From NCBI GenBank assembly GCA_001792535.1, contig MGGS01000008.1:11016-75015 (forward strand): a stretch of DNA of 64,000 nt. The letters are read 5' to 3'. Below the pieces are notes generated by a model that had not been told where the DNA came from, made no database searches, and saw nothing but the letters and a program-made list of their open reading frames with translations. Shown here one piece after another: positions 48,707 to 57,246 of the stretch (positions are counted from its first letter, which is position 1; every line of letters starts with the position of its first letter). The translations under genes and the position numbers were made by a program. Source of the stretch: Candidatus Woesebacteria bacterium RIFCSPHIGHO2_02_FULL_42_20. Its GTDB lineage: Bacteria; Patescibacteriota; Microgenomatia; UBA8517.

Positions 48707-49094
48707 ATTTATTCAGATTTGTGAGAGTTACTTTTTTCTCCATTTCGAGATAGGGTAGATAATTGTTATATTTCTTGAATGCAGTCAGTTTTAAACTTGT
48801 GTAAATTTTCCCGCTTCCTGAGATAAGTTTGCTTTCAGTGGTAACTGTGAACAACAACAAGGGGTCAGCGTTGGCTAAGTTCGTAATATCCAGTTTGTCT
48901 GCCGGTTTAATGACCTTTCCCAGATCCGTATATAAGTTAAGCAGATCAAAACTGACGCCCGGCTTTGGTAATACTGCAATGTCTATATCACTGGCTGAGT
49001 GGGTTTTGCCACTAACTTGGGATCCATGCAGAAGTATAAGCACGAGATTATACTTTTTGCGGATTTTATCAATAGCCGACTTGTTTAACTTCAC
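48693..49094 (-). CDS. MNT antitoxin, MntA-like
   Basis: LLHGSQVSGKTHSASDIDIAV, LDITNLANADPLL. Confidence 0.88.
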   Translation of the reverse strand: MKLNKSAIDKIRKKYNLVLILLHGSQVSGKTHSASDIDIAVLPKPGVSFDLLNLYTDLGKVIKPADKLDITNLANADPLLLFTVTTESKLISGSGKIYTSLKLTAFKKYNNYLPYLEMEKKVTLTNLNKYVAG

Positions 49095-49326
49095 ACTCCG
49101 ATTATAGCATTTTTGTTTACTGGACAGAGTCAGGATTTTGCCTGTGAGGGGGTGATTAATATGCCAGGAGAATCAGGAGCAGATTTCCCAGGGACAGGTG
49201 TGAGTGTTGATCGGCATGGTGGACAGGGTAAACTCTGAGCATCATCCGTTATTGGCAACTATATTCTTTGGCGGGTGTTGACAAAACTTGCCGTTTCGAT
49301 TACTGTAGAAATGAGGTAGTATTTCT

Positions 49327-49917
49327 ATGAAGAAAATCGAAATGGTGTGGCGGGAGTTGCTTTATTGGAGTATTGAAAAAGGCGAGCGCGTTTTTGTCCA
49401 AAAGGATTTGGCGGCTAAGTTTAATTTTTCCACAAGCACCATTTTTCAAGCTTTAAAGCCGACACGGGCTATGGGTGCAGCACGGGTAACCGGTAGAAAC
49501 TTTACGCTTGAAGATCCTGAAAAGCTTCTTTATTATTGGGCAAGTGTTCGCAACCTCGCCAATGACACAATTTTTGAGGGTCGGGTGGATTTACCTCTAC
49601 TGGAGATTGAAGGCATGATGCCTGCTTTAAGTATCTTTGCCGGCTATAGTACTGCTCGGTTCATATTAAAAGAAGCTCCGGCTGATTACGATAAAGTTTT
49701 TGTCTACGCAAAGAGCAAGGAAGATCTTGCTTCACGATTTGATTTTGTTGAAGGTAAACCCAATTTGTATATCCTTAAGTCTGATCCTTTTATCAGCAGT
49801 TATGGAGGTAAAACTACATTAGCCCAGACATTTGTTGATATCTGGAATTTAAATGATTGGTATGCCAAAGAATTTACACAAGCATTGAAAGACAGAATCG
49901 ATGACCTATTACACTGA
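49327..49917 (+). CDS. Winged-helix protein, putative AbiEi-like/type IV antitoxin
   Basis: QKDLAAKFNFSTSTIFQAL HTH; DPEKLLYYWAS; QTFVDIW; overlaps the NTase gene. Confidence 0.65.
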   Translation: MKKIEMVWRELLYWSIEKGERVFVQKDLAAKFNFSTSTIFQALKPTRAMGAARVTGRNFTLEDPEKLLYYWASVRNLANDTIFEGRVDLPLLEIEGMMPALSIFAGYSTARFILKEAPADYDKVFVYAKSKEDLASRFDFVEGKPNLYILKSDPFISSYGGKTTLAQTFVDIWNLNDWYAKEFTQALKDRIDDLLH

Positions 49918-50512
49918 TATTATCACCGGCAAAAGTTGGGAACTACTAAAAAAGCTTAAAAAAAGCTATGAGTTTATCCTGATTGGAGGCTGGGCAGTTT
50001 ATCTTTACACCCGGGTATTAAAATCAAAAGATATTGATGTTGTGGTCGAGTATGAGCAATTGGAAAGGTTAAAGCAGGAGTTTGAGCTAAGTAAAAATGA
50101 ACGGCTGAAAAAATATGAAGCAAGAGTGGAGGAATTGCAAATTGACATATACCTTCCTTTTTACTCCAATCCTGGTATCCCTGCTGAAAAGATTGAAGAA
50201 TATACAGTATTGGTAGAAGGTTTTCGTCTGCCGGCTGTTGAATTACTTGCAATATTAAAGCAAAAAGCCTTTGTAGAGCGGGTAAGGAGTACTAAAGGCA
50301 GGAAAGATTTGGTAGATTTGGTTTCGTTATTCAGATTGCCCGGATTTAAGTGGTCCAAATATAAAGCGATGGTGGAAAAATACCAACTAACCGAGCAAGC
50401 TCAAAAAGTTTCTGGGCTAATTGATGAAACCAAAGAAATAAATGAACTTGATTTAAATGTCCATAAATTTTTAAGGATAAAAAAACAATTCGGGTTTTTT
50501 AAAGTGGACTGA
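49901..50512 (+). CDS. Pol-beta-superfamily nucleotidyltransferase, putative type IV TA toxin
   Basis: FILIGGWAVYLYT..KSKDIDVVV; LKQKA..R..KGRKDLVD. Confidence 0.72.
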   Translation: MTYYTDIITGKSWELLKKLKKSYEFILIGGWAVYLYTRVLKSKDIDVVVEYEQLERLKQEFELSKNERLKKYEARVEELQIDIYLPFYSNPGIPAEKIEEYTVLVEGFRLPAVELLAILKQKAFVERVRSTKGRKDLVDLVSLFRLPGFKWSKYKAMVEKYQLTEQAQKVSGLIDETKEINELDLNVHKFLRIKKQFGFFKVD

Positions 50513-50778
50513 AAGTGAGTTACTGACCTGAATTATTTGTGCCCCACTTGGTTTAAGGTTTCTCCGAGAACTTTATTAGATATTTGTATCTACTTTCGTC
50601 AACGTCCTTCGAGGCTACGGCGAGTTCATCAGGCACACCGTTTGGAAATCCGGAGTCGACTGCCAAAAAACTGAAGTGGTGTAACCCTGTTTTTTGGCCG
50701 GGTATCGGATTCCAGTTATCAATAACCCCTATTTCCCCATAGGGTAAAGGATTATCGGTTGGTATGACAATGATACCC

Positions 50779-51244
50779 TCAGTCCTTGATGTTTTCCGGC
50801 TCGGTTAGACCTGAAATAAAATCAGAAAATGGCTCTCCCGTATTGTAAGGCTCAGCTGGCAGTCCTATCTGTTCCGGTTTCAAAGATCTGGTTACCCTGT
50901 TTCCACCTGAGTCGGTAAGCGAAAGGTTGAACTGTTCACCAAGTGTAAGCATTTGTTTTAGAACAGCCAGTTGATGCGAGCTTAATAAGATTGCTGCATA
51001 TGGCACGTCTTGGCCGTTTTCGGTTACTGTCGCGGTCCCGCTTTGTAGTTTTTCGACCTCTTTTTCACCCGATTTGCGAATCAGGTCGACCTTGACGGAA
51101 GCGCGCTCGAGTGCAGCAAATACTTCATTTAGTGGATTTGACTCTGTGGTTGGGGTTGGTTCGTCTTGCGACCTTAAGCCATAAAAACCCTCTTTTAGGT
51201 AGATGTTTTGTAGTTGGCTCAGATGCGGCCGAGTTTTCTGCCAT
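50779..51244 (-). pseudogene. Hypothetical protein, probably frameshifted near codon 20
   Basis: TGCTAAAAT..ATG at 51244 (MAENSAASEPTTK, paralogous to MTENSGAPEPTTK at 46660) is out of frame with the long ORF; junction GGGTTTTTATGG. Confidence 0.5.
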
Positions 51245-51296
51245 TGATACATTTTAGCAAAGATCCTTATTCCTTTATCAAGGGAGAATGAGATTG

Positions 51297-52661
51297 TTAC
51301 CAACTGACTCCGCCTTCTTTATCATAATCCTTTCTGGTCAACCCTGAATTTATTGTCAAATATGAAGGAAGCTCTCTGGCAAGAGAGACAGCTTCTTTAA
51401 TTGCTTTCTTATTCCAGCCACAATCTTTCAAAATTGTTCTGATGTTTTCGATTATAATATTAAAAAGATTCGGGCCGGCCAAAGCCCGCACAAACGCTTG
51501 CCCAAAATAATTTTCCGCATATTTTTGTCCTTGTAACCACCTAACCAATTTTGCCCAATCTTCCGGAAGTTCCGGTCTTTTGATTAAATTTTCCAGAGGC
51601 TCATTTGCCCGCGCCCACTCATAGATAATCGGTTTTAGTATTCTTAATTCTTTAAGTTGTTCTGTTATCGATAAACCTCGATCCGCTGGAGCTGAGTAAA
51701 CTACACGTACTTGATCAGTCAACCTTATATCTTTTCCCATTAAACCACTTGTAACAATGTCGAAACTGACATCTTCGACTTGGAGGCCGCCATCCATAAT
51801 TGCGGTTTGAGCTGCCAACGCGTCTCGGCCAGCTGATAATGTGCCGCCTCCTGGGGACCACTTTGCTCCGGGCGAGTAGGTGTGTAAATTGGCAGTAGCC
51901 CTAACTAAACCCGCAATCTTTTTGTCTGGCAAAATATATCCATTTTCATCCATCACAACCGGTTCCAGTTTTGCTCCGACTGCAAAACACCCGGTTGCTT
52001 CGGCAATTTCCATCATTCGCAACAGTCCGTTACCTGTAAAGTTATCACCTTGTTTACCGGTGTATAACCTATTGTCAGCGCCAGGAGTCAGATAATATTT
52101 GTGTACGGTGTTTTCTCGTTTAGCAGAATCAACAAAGGCTTGGAAACCAGTTCTGAGGGCATTGGCAGTTCCAGAGTTAACGTCAACGTCTTCTTGATGA
52201 ATAAAGAAGAAATTAATAGTGCTCTTTCTAAGTTCAGCTAGATTTGCTTCTTGTGTGTATTGTGAATCCGTGTATAGTCTTCCACCCTTTTCGTAGAGAT
52301 TAACAGTAGTTGCAGCTTCAACTTGAAAGTCGTTTGCAAACTGTTGATCAGCTTCGTCACCGCCACGGTTAAGAACAATTGCGATATCTGCTCCGTCAAT
52401 TTTTTCTTTATCAACACACTCTTTAATTTGGCGGTTAAGTATGGGCAATCCTGTCTGAAGAAGGTGAGAAGCTCTCCTCGCCGGGATAATAACTGCAAGT
52501 CTGTTATTATCGGCATCGGGTAGTGTCTCTTTGTACTTTCGGATGTTATCTAACAGCCCAAGTGCTTTTTCACTCGGGAGCGGATGTTCTTTCTGGGAAT
52601 AGTCTCGAACAGGCGTTATATCAAGTCTAGGCGGTATTGTTTGAGGCTCGAAATCTGTCAT
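51297..52661 (-). CDS. Hypothetical protein, possibly a divergent GT-A/GT2-like glycosyltransferase
   Basis: LAVIIPARRASHLL..L N-terminus, G.ANALRTG, PGAD, VED motifs. Confidence 0.5.
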   Translation of the reverse strand: MTDFEPQTIPPRLDITPVRDYSQKEHPLPSEKALGLLDNIRKYKETLPDADNNRLAVIIPARRASHLLQTGLPILNRQIKECVDKEKIDGADIAIVLNRGGDEADQQFANDFQVEAATTVNLYEKGGRLYTDSQYTQEANLAELRKSTINFFFIHQEDVDVNSGTANALRTGFQAFVDSAKRENTVHKYYLTPGADNRLYTGKQGDNFTGNGLLRMMEIAEATGCFAVGAKLEPVVMDENGYILPDKKIAGLVRATANLHTYSPGAKWSPGGGTLSAGRDALAAQTAIMDGGLQVEDVSFDIVTSGLMGKDIRLTDQVRVVYSAPADRGLSITEQLKELRILKPIIYEWARANEPLENLIKRPELPEDWAKLVRWLQGQKYAENYFGQAFVRALAGPNLFNIIIENIRTILKDCGWNKKAIKEAVSLARELPSYLTINSGLTRKDYDKEGGVSW

Positions 52662-52725
52662 TAACTAATGATATCAAAGATTGACAAGGAAACACTTGTA
52701 GTACTACTATTAATATGTAATACAG

Positions 52726-54176
52726 TGAAACAGACCAAGATACTATTCTTCTTTTTATTAGCTTTTCTTTTTGTTTTTGCTGTTCCCGTTTTTGCCCAAC
52801 TGCCGCCAGACAGCCAAGGCCGTGCCGTAAATGATGTTGTAACTGAGTCGATAATACCCCCGTATCCATATCCAACATCCGTACCTTCCGGTAATCCGAT
52901 TTTCGGTCAGGATCACTCCTACTCTGTCGTCATGCGGGGTAACGGGGAAGCGGTTGTGACCTTGAAAGTTACCTTCAGCAACGTAACGACCTCGAGCATG
53001 AATAAGGTTTACCTGCGCGTGCCTAAGGTTGAGCCAAGGGAAGTCATGGTCTATCAGATTTATAAACCTGAATTTTGCCTTCGATATCTCCCAAATGTTT
53101 TGACACCCGAGCTTCCGGTAGACTATTACTACAACTACTACAACAACCTTAACTGTGAACAGTGGAGTAGTCCTGACTATTTCGGCGGTTACCTTGGGGA
53201 CGCTACTTTTTACAAAGCCAGAACCGATTATAGCGGTGACACATTAACAGTTTATCTGCCCAAGTCCGTGCGGCCCGATGGGTCCGGTTCGTTTTTTGTC
53301 TATTATCGGGCTTTTGGCTATGCGAAGAAAAACATCGTCGGGGCCTACAATTACACGTTTGAAACTCTTAAGGCTAATGAGTCGATTCGAAGCATGACTG
53401 TCGGGATAAGCGTGGACTCGGACCTTTTCCTTAAAGACGCCAAGGGCGGAGTCAACTACAGATTTGAAGAGGCAAGTCTCGCGCCTTTGTCCGACGCGGC
53501 ATACGGAGTGGAGCTAAGGAACCCAAAGGTGACAAGTTTTGTGAGTCAGATAGGGAGTGGTACGGTGACAAAGACAGCCTCAAATCTGGCCGCCCTGGAG
53601 TCTTATTCGGTCAAAGGCGTATATGCCGACAGACAAATTAAGCTCTATGGCAAGGAAATCTTGTGGGGGTTGCTGGTAGTGGTGCTATTTCTGGCTGGTT
53701 TTGTTTTCTTTGTCCGCGCAGTTTACAGGAGATTGCAATTACGGAGAGCCAATGTTGAGGCGGCTGCACAAGCGGCGAAACCGAGTGCTAAAGCGGGTGT
53801 CGGTAAAGCCGGTATGTTGACGGGCCAGGATTATGTCAAAACGGGGTTGGTTGTGGCAGTCGTTACCTTTTTCTCACCGCTACTTATGATGGCTTATACT
53901 TTTGCTCTGGTTCTCCTGACTACCTCGAGTAATTTCATTTACTTTGGCAGCAATTATTTGGGGCCGATACTTTTTATAATCATTTTGATTTTGTCGATAG
54001 CCGTCTACGGGGTGTTGCTCTTTTTCCCGGCTTTATATGTCGGGCTAAAGCGTGGGCTTCATTGGGCATTGGCGACTTTTTTGATGACTGTTTTCTGGAC
54101 AGCTTTTTGTGTTCTGATAATAGTAGTCATGATATCGGTCTTCAATTATAATCCTCGTGGACCATATCTTTATTAG
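52726..54176 (+). CDS. Hypothetical exported/membrane protein
   Basis: Signal peptide ending AVPVFA; beta-rich extracellular region; four C-terminal TM segments. Confidence 0.7.
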
Positions 54177-54991
54177 GAAAGAGCAAGTTTGACCGAAGGG
54201 CTCATTGTCGAGCAAATGTAAGCTTTTATTATTTGTTTGCTAGTTAGCGTTTCCAGGATCGCGGTAATGTTTTCGTCCAGTTCTTTCTTCTGCATGGAAA
54301 GTTTCCCAACAGTTGTGTGGATGATGGGCGCTGATTTTTCAGTTTTTAAAGTAATTGAGTTGGCTGAAAATTTGCTGATTTCTTTTTCGTTTTTGATTAG
54401 CGTCCCGTTTTTGGGATTTGGCATCAAACCCCTTGGACCCAAAAGTTTTGCAAACGGGACCAATTTTGGCATCATGTCGCCCGTTGCTAAAAGTACATCA
54501 AAATCTATCCTTCCGTCTTTAAGTTTTTTTATTGTTTCGTCCCCGGCAACCTCAACCCTTTTTACTTTGCCGGTAGAGTGGGGCAGTGTGATGTTTGCGC
54601 TTAAGTTATCCTTCCGCACAACTAGGTGAAGTTCGACAGTTGAATCAAATTTAGAATAGGAAATTTCTTTTAAAAGAGCGACCGCGTCATCTAATTTATA
54701 AAGTCTGGCAGGATCCACTTTAGATTTGGAGTCCTTGTATTTTTTGCTTCTGACTTTTAGCCTTGTTTTACGTTTTTTGGCTTCCTCGTTTCCCGAAGTT
54801 TGCTCGGAGTGGAGTTCGCTTTCTGGCGGCAAGTCGGACTGTACGGCAACTACCCGTTGTCCGCCTTTAAGGCCCGGAATGTGTACTTTGGTGGCTTTCT
54901 CTTCTTTTGCTTTTTTTCGTTTTTCATAAAGCTCTTTGCCGGAAAGTTTTTCCTCAACGCCGGCAACAAAAGCTGTCTTAGTTTTACCCAT
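54173..54991 (-). CDS. rplA: 50S ribosomal protein L1 with N-terminal extension
   Basis: KFDSTVELH, LPHSTGK, DFDVLLAT, LGPRGLMPNPKNGT, STMSPSV. Confidence 0.95.
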   Translation of the reverse strand: MGKTKTAFVAGVEEKLSGKELYEKRKKAKEEKATKVHIPGLKGGQRVVAVQSDLPPESELHSEQTSGNEEAKKRKTRLKVRSKKYKDSKSKVDPARLYKLDDAVALLKEISYSKFDSTVELHLVVRKDNLSANITLPHSTGKVKRVEVAGDETIKKLKDGRIDFDVLLATGDMMPKLVPFAKLLGPRGLMPNPKNGTLIKNEKEISKFSANSITLKTEKSAPIIHTTVGKLSMQKKELDENITAILETLTSKQIIKAYICSTMSPSVKLALS

Positions 54992-55409
54992 TGATTTTTA
55001 CTCCCATCGACCTGGCAGTCCCGATAACAATTTTGAGTGCGGCTTCCACGTTGTCGGTGTTAAGATCGCGCATTTTTTCTTTAGCGATTTCTTCCGCCTG
55101 GGAAACGGAAAGAGTTCCCGCAATATCCCGGTTCGGTACTCCGGAACCTTTTTGAATACCCAGCTTCTTTTTGATCATATCGGCGACCGGGGCAAGCTTT
55201 ATCTCAAAATCGAAGCTTCTGTCTTCGTAAATAGTTATGACAGCAGGGACTGTGTTCCCTTTCATGTCCTTTGTCTTGTCGTTATAGGCCTTGACAAAAT
55301 CCATGATTGCCACGCCGTGCTGACCCAAGGCAGGTCCCAGAGGCTGCGCCGGAGTGGCTTCGCCCGCAGGAAGGTTAATTTTAAGAACTGTTTTAACTTT
55401 TTTTGCCAT
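54984..55409 (-). CDS. rplK: 50S ribosomal protein L11
   Basis: AGEATPAQPLGPALGQHG, IYEDRSF, GTARSMG. Confidence 0.97.
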   Translation of the reverse strand: MAKKVKTVLKINLPAGEATPAQPLGPALGQHGVAIMDFVKAYNDKTKDMKGNTVPAVITIYEDRSFDFEIKLAPVADMIKKKLGIQKGSGVPNRDIAGTLSVSQAEEIAKEKMRDLNTDNVEAALKIVIGTARSMGVKING

Positions 55410-55424
55410 TTTATTAATAAAAAT

Positions 55425-56045
55425 TTAAACCTTTTGAATTTGCAAGAAATCAAGTTCCACCGGCGTTTCTCGGCCAAAGATACTTACCAATACTTTGATC
55501 CTGCCTTTCTCTTCGTCAATTTCGTGAATAGAACCCAAAAAATCAGCGAAAGGCCCGTCAGTAATTTTAACCGCTTCGCCGACACTGAATTTAGTTTTAA
55601 ATCTTGGCGCAGGAGCGGAGACAAACTTTTGAATATTTTTCACTTCTTCAATTGAAAGCGGCGTAGGTTTATTGCTGGATCCGACGAAGCCTGTTATCCC
55701 TGGCGTTGTTCGCACGGCGAGCCATGTCGGGTCGTCCAATTCCATTTTGATTAACATATAGCCCGGAAATATTTTTTCTTTGACTGTCGACTTTTTTCCG
55801 GAGCGGATGACTACTCTGTCTTGTGTCGGGATTAATACTTCAAGCACTTTGCTGACCAGATTCATGGTCTCTACCCGCTGGCGCAGTGTCTCGGCGATTC
55901 TTGCCTCGTGGCCGCTGGTTGTGTGGACCACAAACCATTTTGCGTTTTTGTTTTGCTCGTCGCTTATTTTGATGTGCCCCGGAATTTTTTTGGACCCAGT
56001 GCCGCGCTCCGATACTCCGGAATCATGTATTTGTGTATTGTCCAT
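55425..56045 (-). CDS. nusG: Transcription termination/antitermination factor NusG
   Basis: WFVVHTTSGHE, IFPGY, VRTTPGITGFVG, GPFADF, IFGRETPVEL. Confidence 0.97.
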   Translation of the reverse strand: MDNTQIHDSGVSERGTGSKKIPGHIKISDEQNKNAKWFVVHTTSGHEARIAETLRQRVETMNLVSKVLEVLIPTQDRVVIRSGKKSTVKEKIFPGYMLIKMELDDPTWLAVRTTPGITGFVGSSNKPTPLSIEEVKNIQKFVSAPAPRFKTKFSVGEAVKITDGPFADFLGSIHEIDEEKGRIKVLVSIFGRETPVELDFLQIQKV

Positions 56046-56046
56046 G

Positions 56047-56250
56047 TTATTTGTAGATGATTAATTCTAATAGTTTTGTGAACAGGTAGTCCAGCCCTCC
56101 TAAGTAAAGCCCTACAATAAGAGAAACAGCTACCACAATGAGTGTGAGTTTTGTTACCTCATCTCGGGTTGGCCACGTGACTTTTGAAATCTCACTTTTT
56201 ACCTCCGACAGGAAGCCTAGGGTGTTTTTTATCGGGTGACTTGGTTTCAC
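56047..56250 (-). CDS. secE: Preprotein translocase subunit SecE
   Basis: FLSEVKSEISKVTWPTRDE plus TM; upstream of nusG. Confidence 0.95.
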   Translation of the reverse strand: MKPSHPIKNTLGFLSEVKSEISKVTWPTRDEVTKLTLIVVAVSLIVGLYLGGLDYLFTKLLELIIYK

Positions 56251-56291
56251 AAGTTAAAATTGTAGCGTTCTTTGCTAAAATATTCAAGTAA

Positions 56292-56939
56292 ATGCACTTA
56301 ACTGGTTATAAATTTGAAAATACATTCTGGCGGAAAGGTTTATCGGTTGCCGGTGCGGATGAAGTAGGGAGGGGAAGCTTTGCCGGGCCCGTGGTTGCCT
56401 CCGCCGTTGCTTTTGCTCCGCATTCCTGTTATCGAGCTTCTTTGCTCAAACAAAAAATACGAATTGATGACTCTAAAAAATTATCAGTAGGCCAGCGAGA
56501 ATGTGCCGACAGTTGGATAAAAGCCAGTTGTATTGGTTATGGCATTGGAGTGGGCAGTGTCGGACTAATTAACCGTGCGGGAATAGTCAAAGCGACAAAT
56601 TTCGCCTTTCGTTCGGCAATTAAAAAGTTTACAATTTCATGCATGTTGAGTATAGATTATTTACTCATAGATGGGTTTTATGTCCCAAATGTAGCTAATA
56701 TTAGAAAGTCTAAACAAATACCTATAATAAGAGGAGATGCTAAAAGTATGACTATAGCAGCTGCGTCAATTATTGCCAAAGTTTATCGCGATAGTTTAAT
56801 GGTTGCATTAAATGAAGAGCACCCTGAATACTTTTGGTACCACAATAAAGGCTATGGTACAGTGGATCATATTAAATCACTAGAGAGGTTCGGGCCGACT
56901 AAGCATCATAGAAAATTATTTATTAGAAATTATATTTAA
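56292..56939 (+). CDS. rnhB: Ribonuclease HII
   Basis: GADEVGRGSFAGPVV, DDSKKL, LIDG, GDA..IAAASIIAKVYRD, NKGYGT. Confidence 0.96.
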   Translation: MHLTGYKFENTFWRKGLSVAGADEVGRGSFAGPVVASAVAFAPHSCYRASLLKQKIRIDDSKKLSVGQRECADSWIKASCIGYGIGVGSVGLINRAGIVKATNFAFRSAIKKFTISCMLSIDYLLIDGFYVPNVANIRKSKQIPIIRGDAKSMTIAAASIIAKVYRDSLMVALNEEHPEYFWYHNKGYGTVDHIKSLERFGPTKHHRKLFIRNYI

Positions 56940-57130
56940 TAATTTCTTTTTTTCTCCAACTCGCGAAGGTGCTCTATTTTATATTTTTTCTCTTTGCGTC
57001 GCTCCGAGGGACTTTTGTAGCGCTCCCTTTCTCTATAGTCAATCAAAACTTTCTCCGACAAGACTTTTTTCTTGAAGCGAGCAATTAGTTTGTCTTCCGA
57101 CTCTCCCTTGAGTCGTTTGACGACTACCAT
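56936..57130 (-). CDS. rpsU: 30S ribosomal protein S21
   Basis: GESEDKLIARFKKKV..RERYKSPSERRK. Confidence 0.85.
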   Translation of the reverse strand: MVVVKRLKGESEDKLIARFKKKVLSEKVLIDYRERERYKSPSERRKEKKYKIEHLRELEKKRNY

Positions 57131-57246
57131 GAATAATCGCCCCCTTCCTAGAGGTTCTTATGAGACATGACAAGCGGCTTATATTCATAAAATCACCATC
57201 CGCAAGTATTCTAACAAAATCTTTACAAAAGTGCTAGACTACTTTC

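Noticed and set aside
46480-51262. DGR template/variable repeat pair
   Set aside because: Differences are deletions and mixed substitutions rather than adenine-specific, and no RT is present. The four-helix-bundle (Avd-like fold) gene is distant and truncated
54936-55655. 239-aa plus-strand ORF and other shadow ORFs (e.g. 42058-42726, 25470-25892, 31452-31925)
   Set aside because: They are antisense to well-supported genes and lack recognisable motifs
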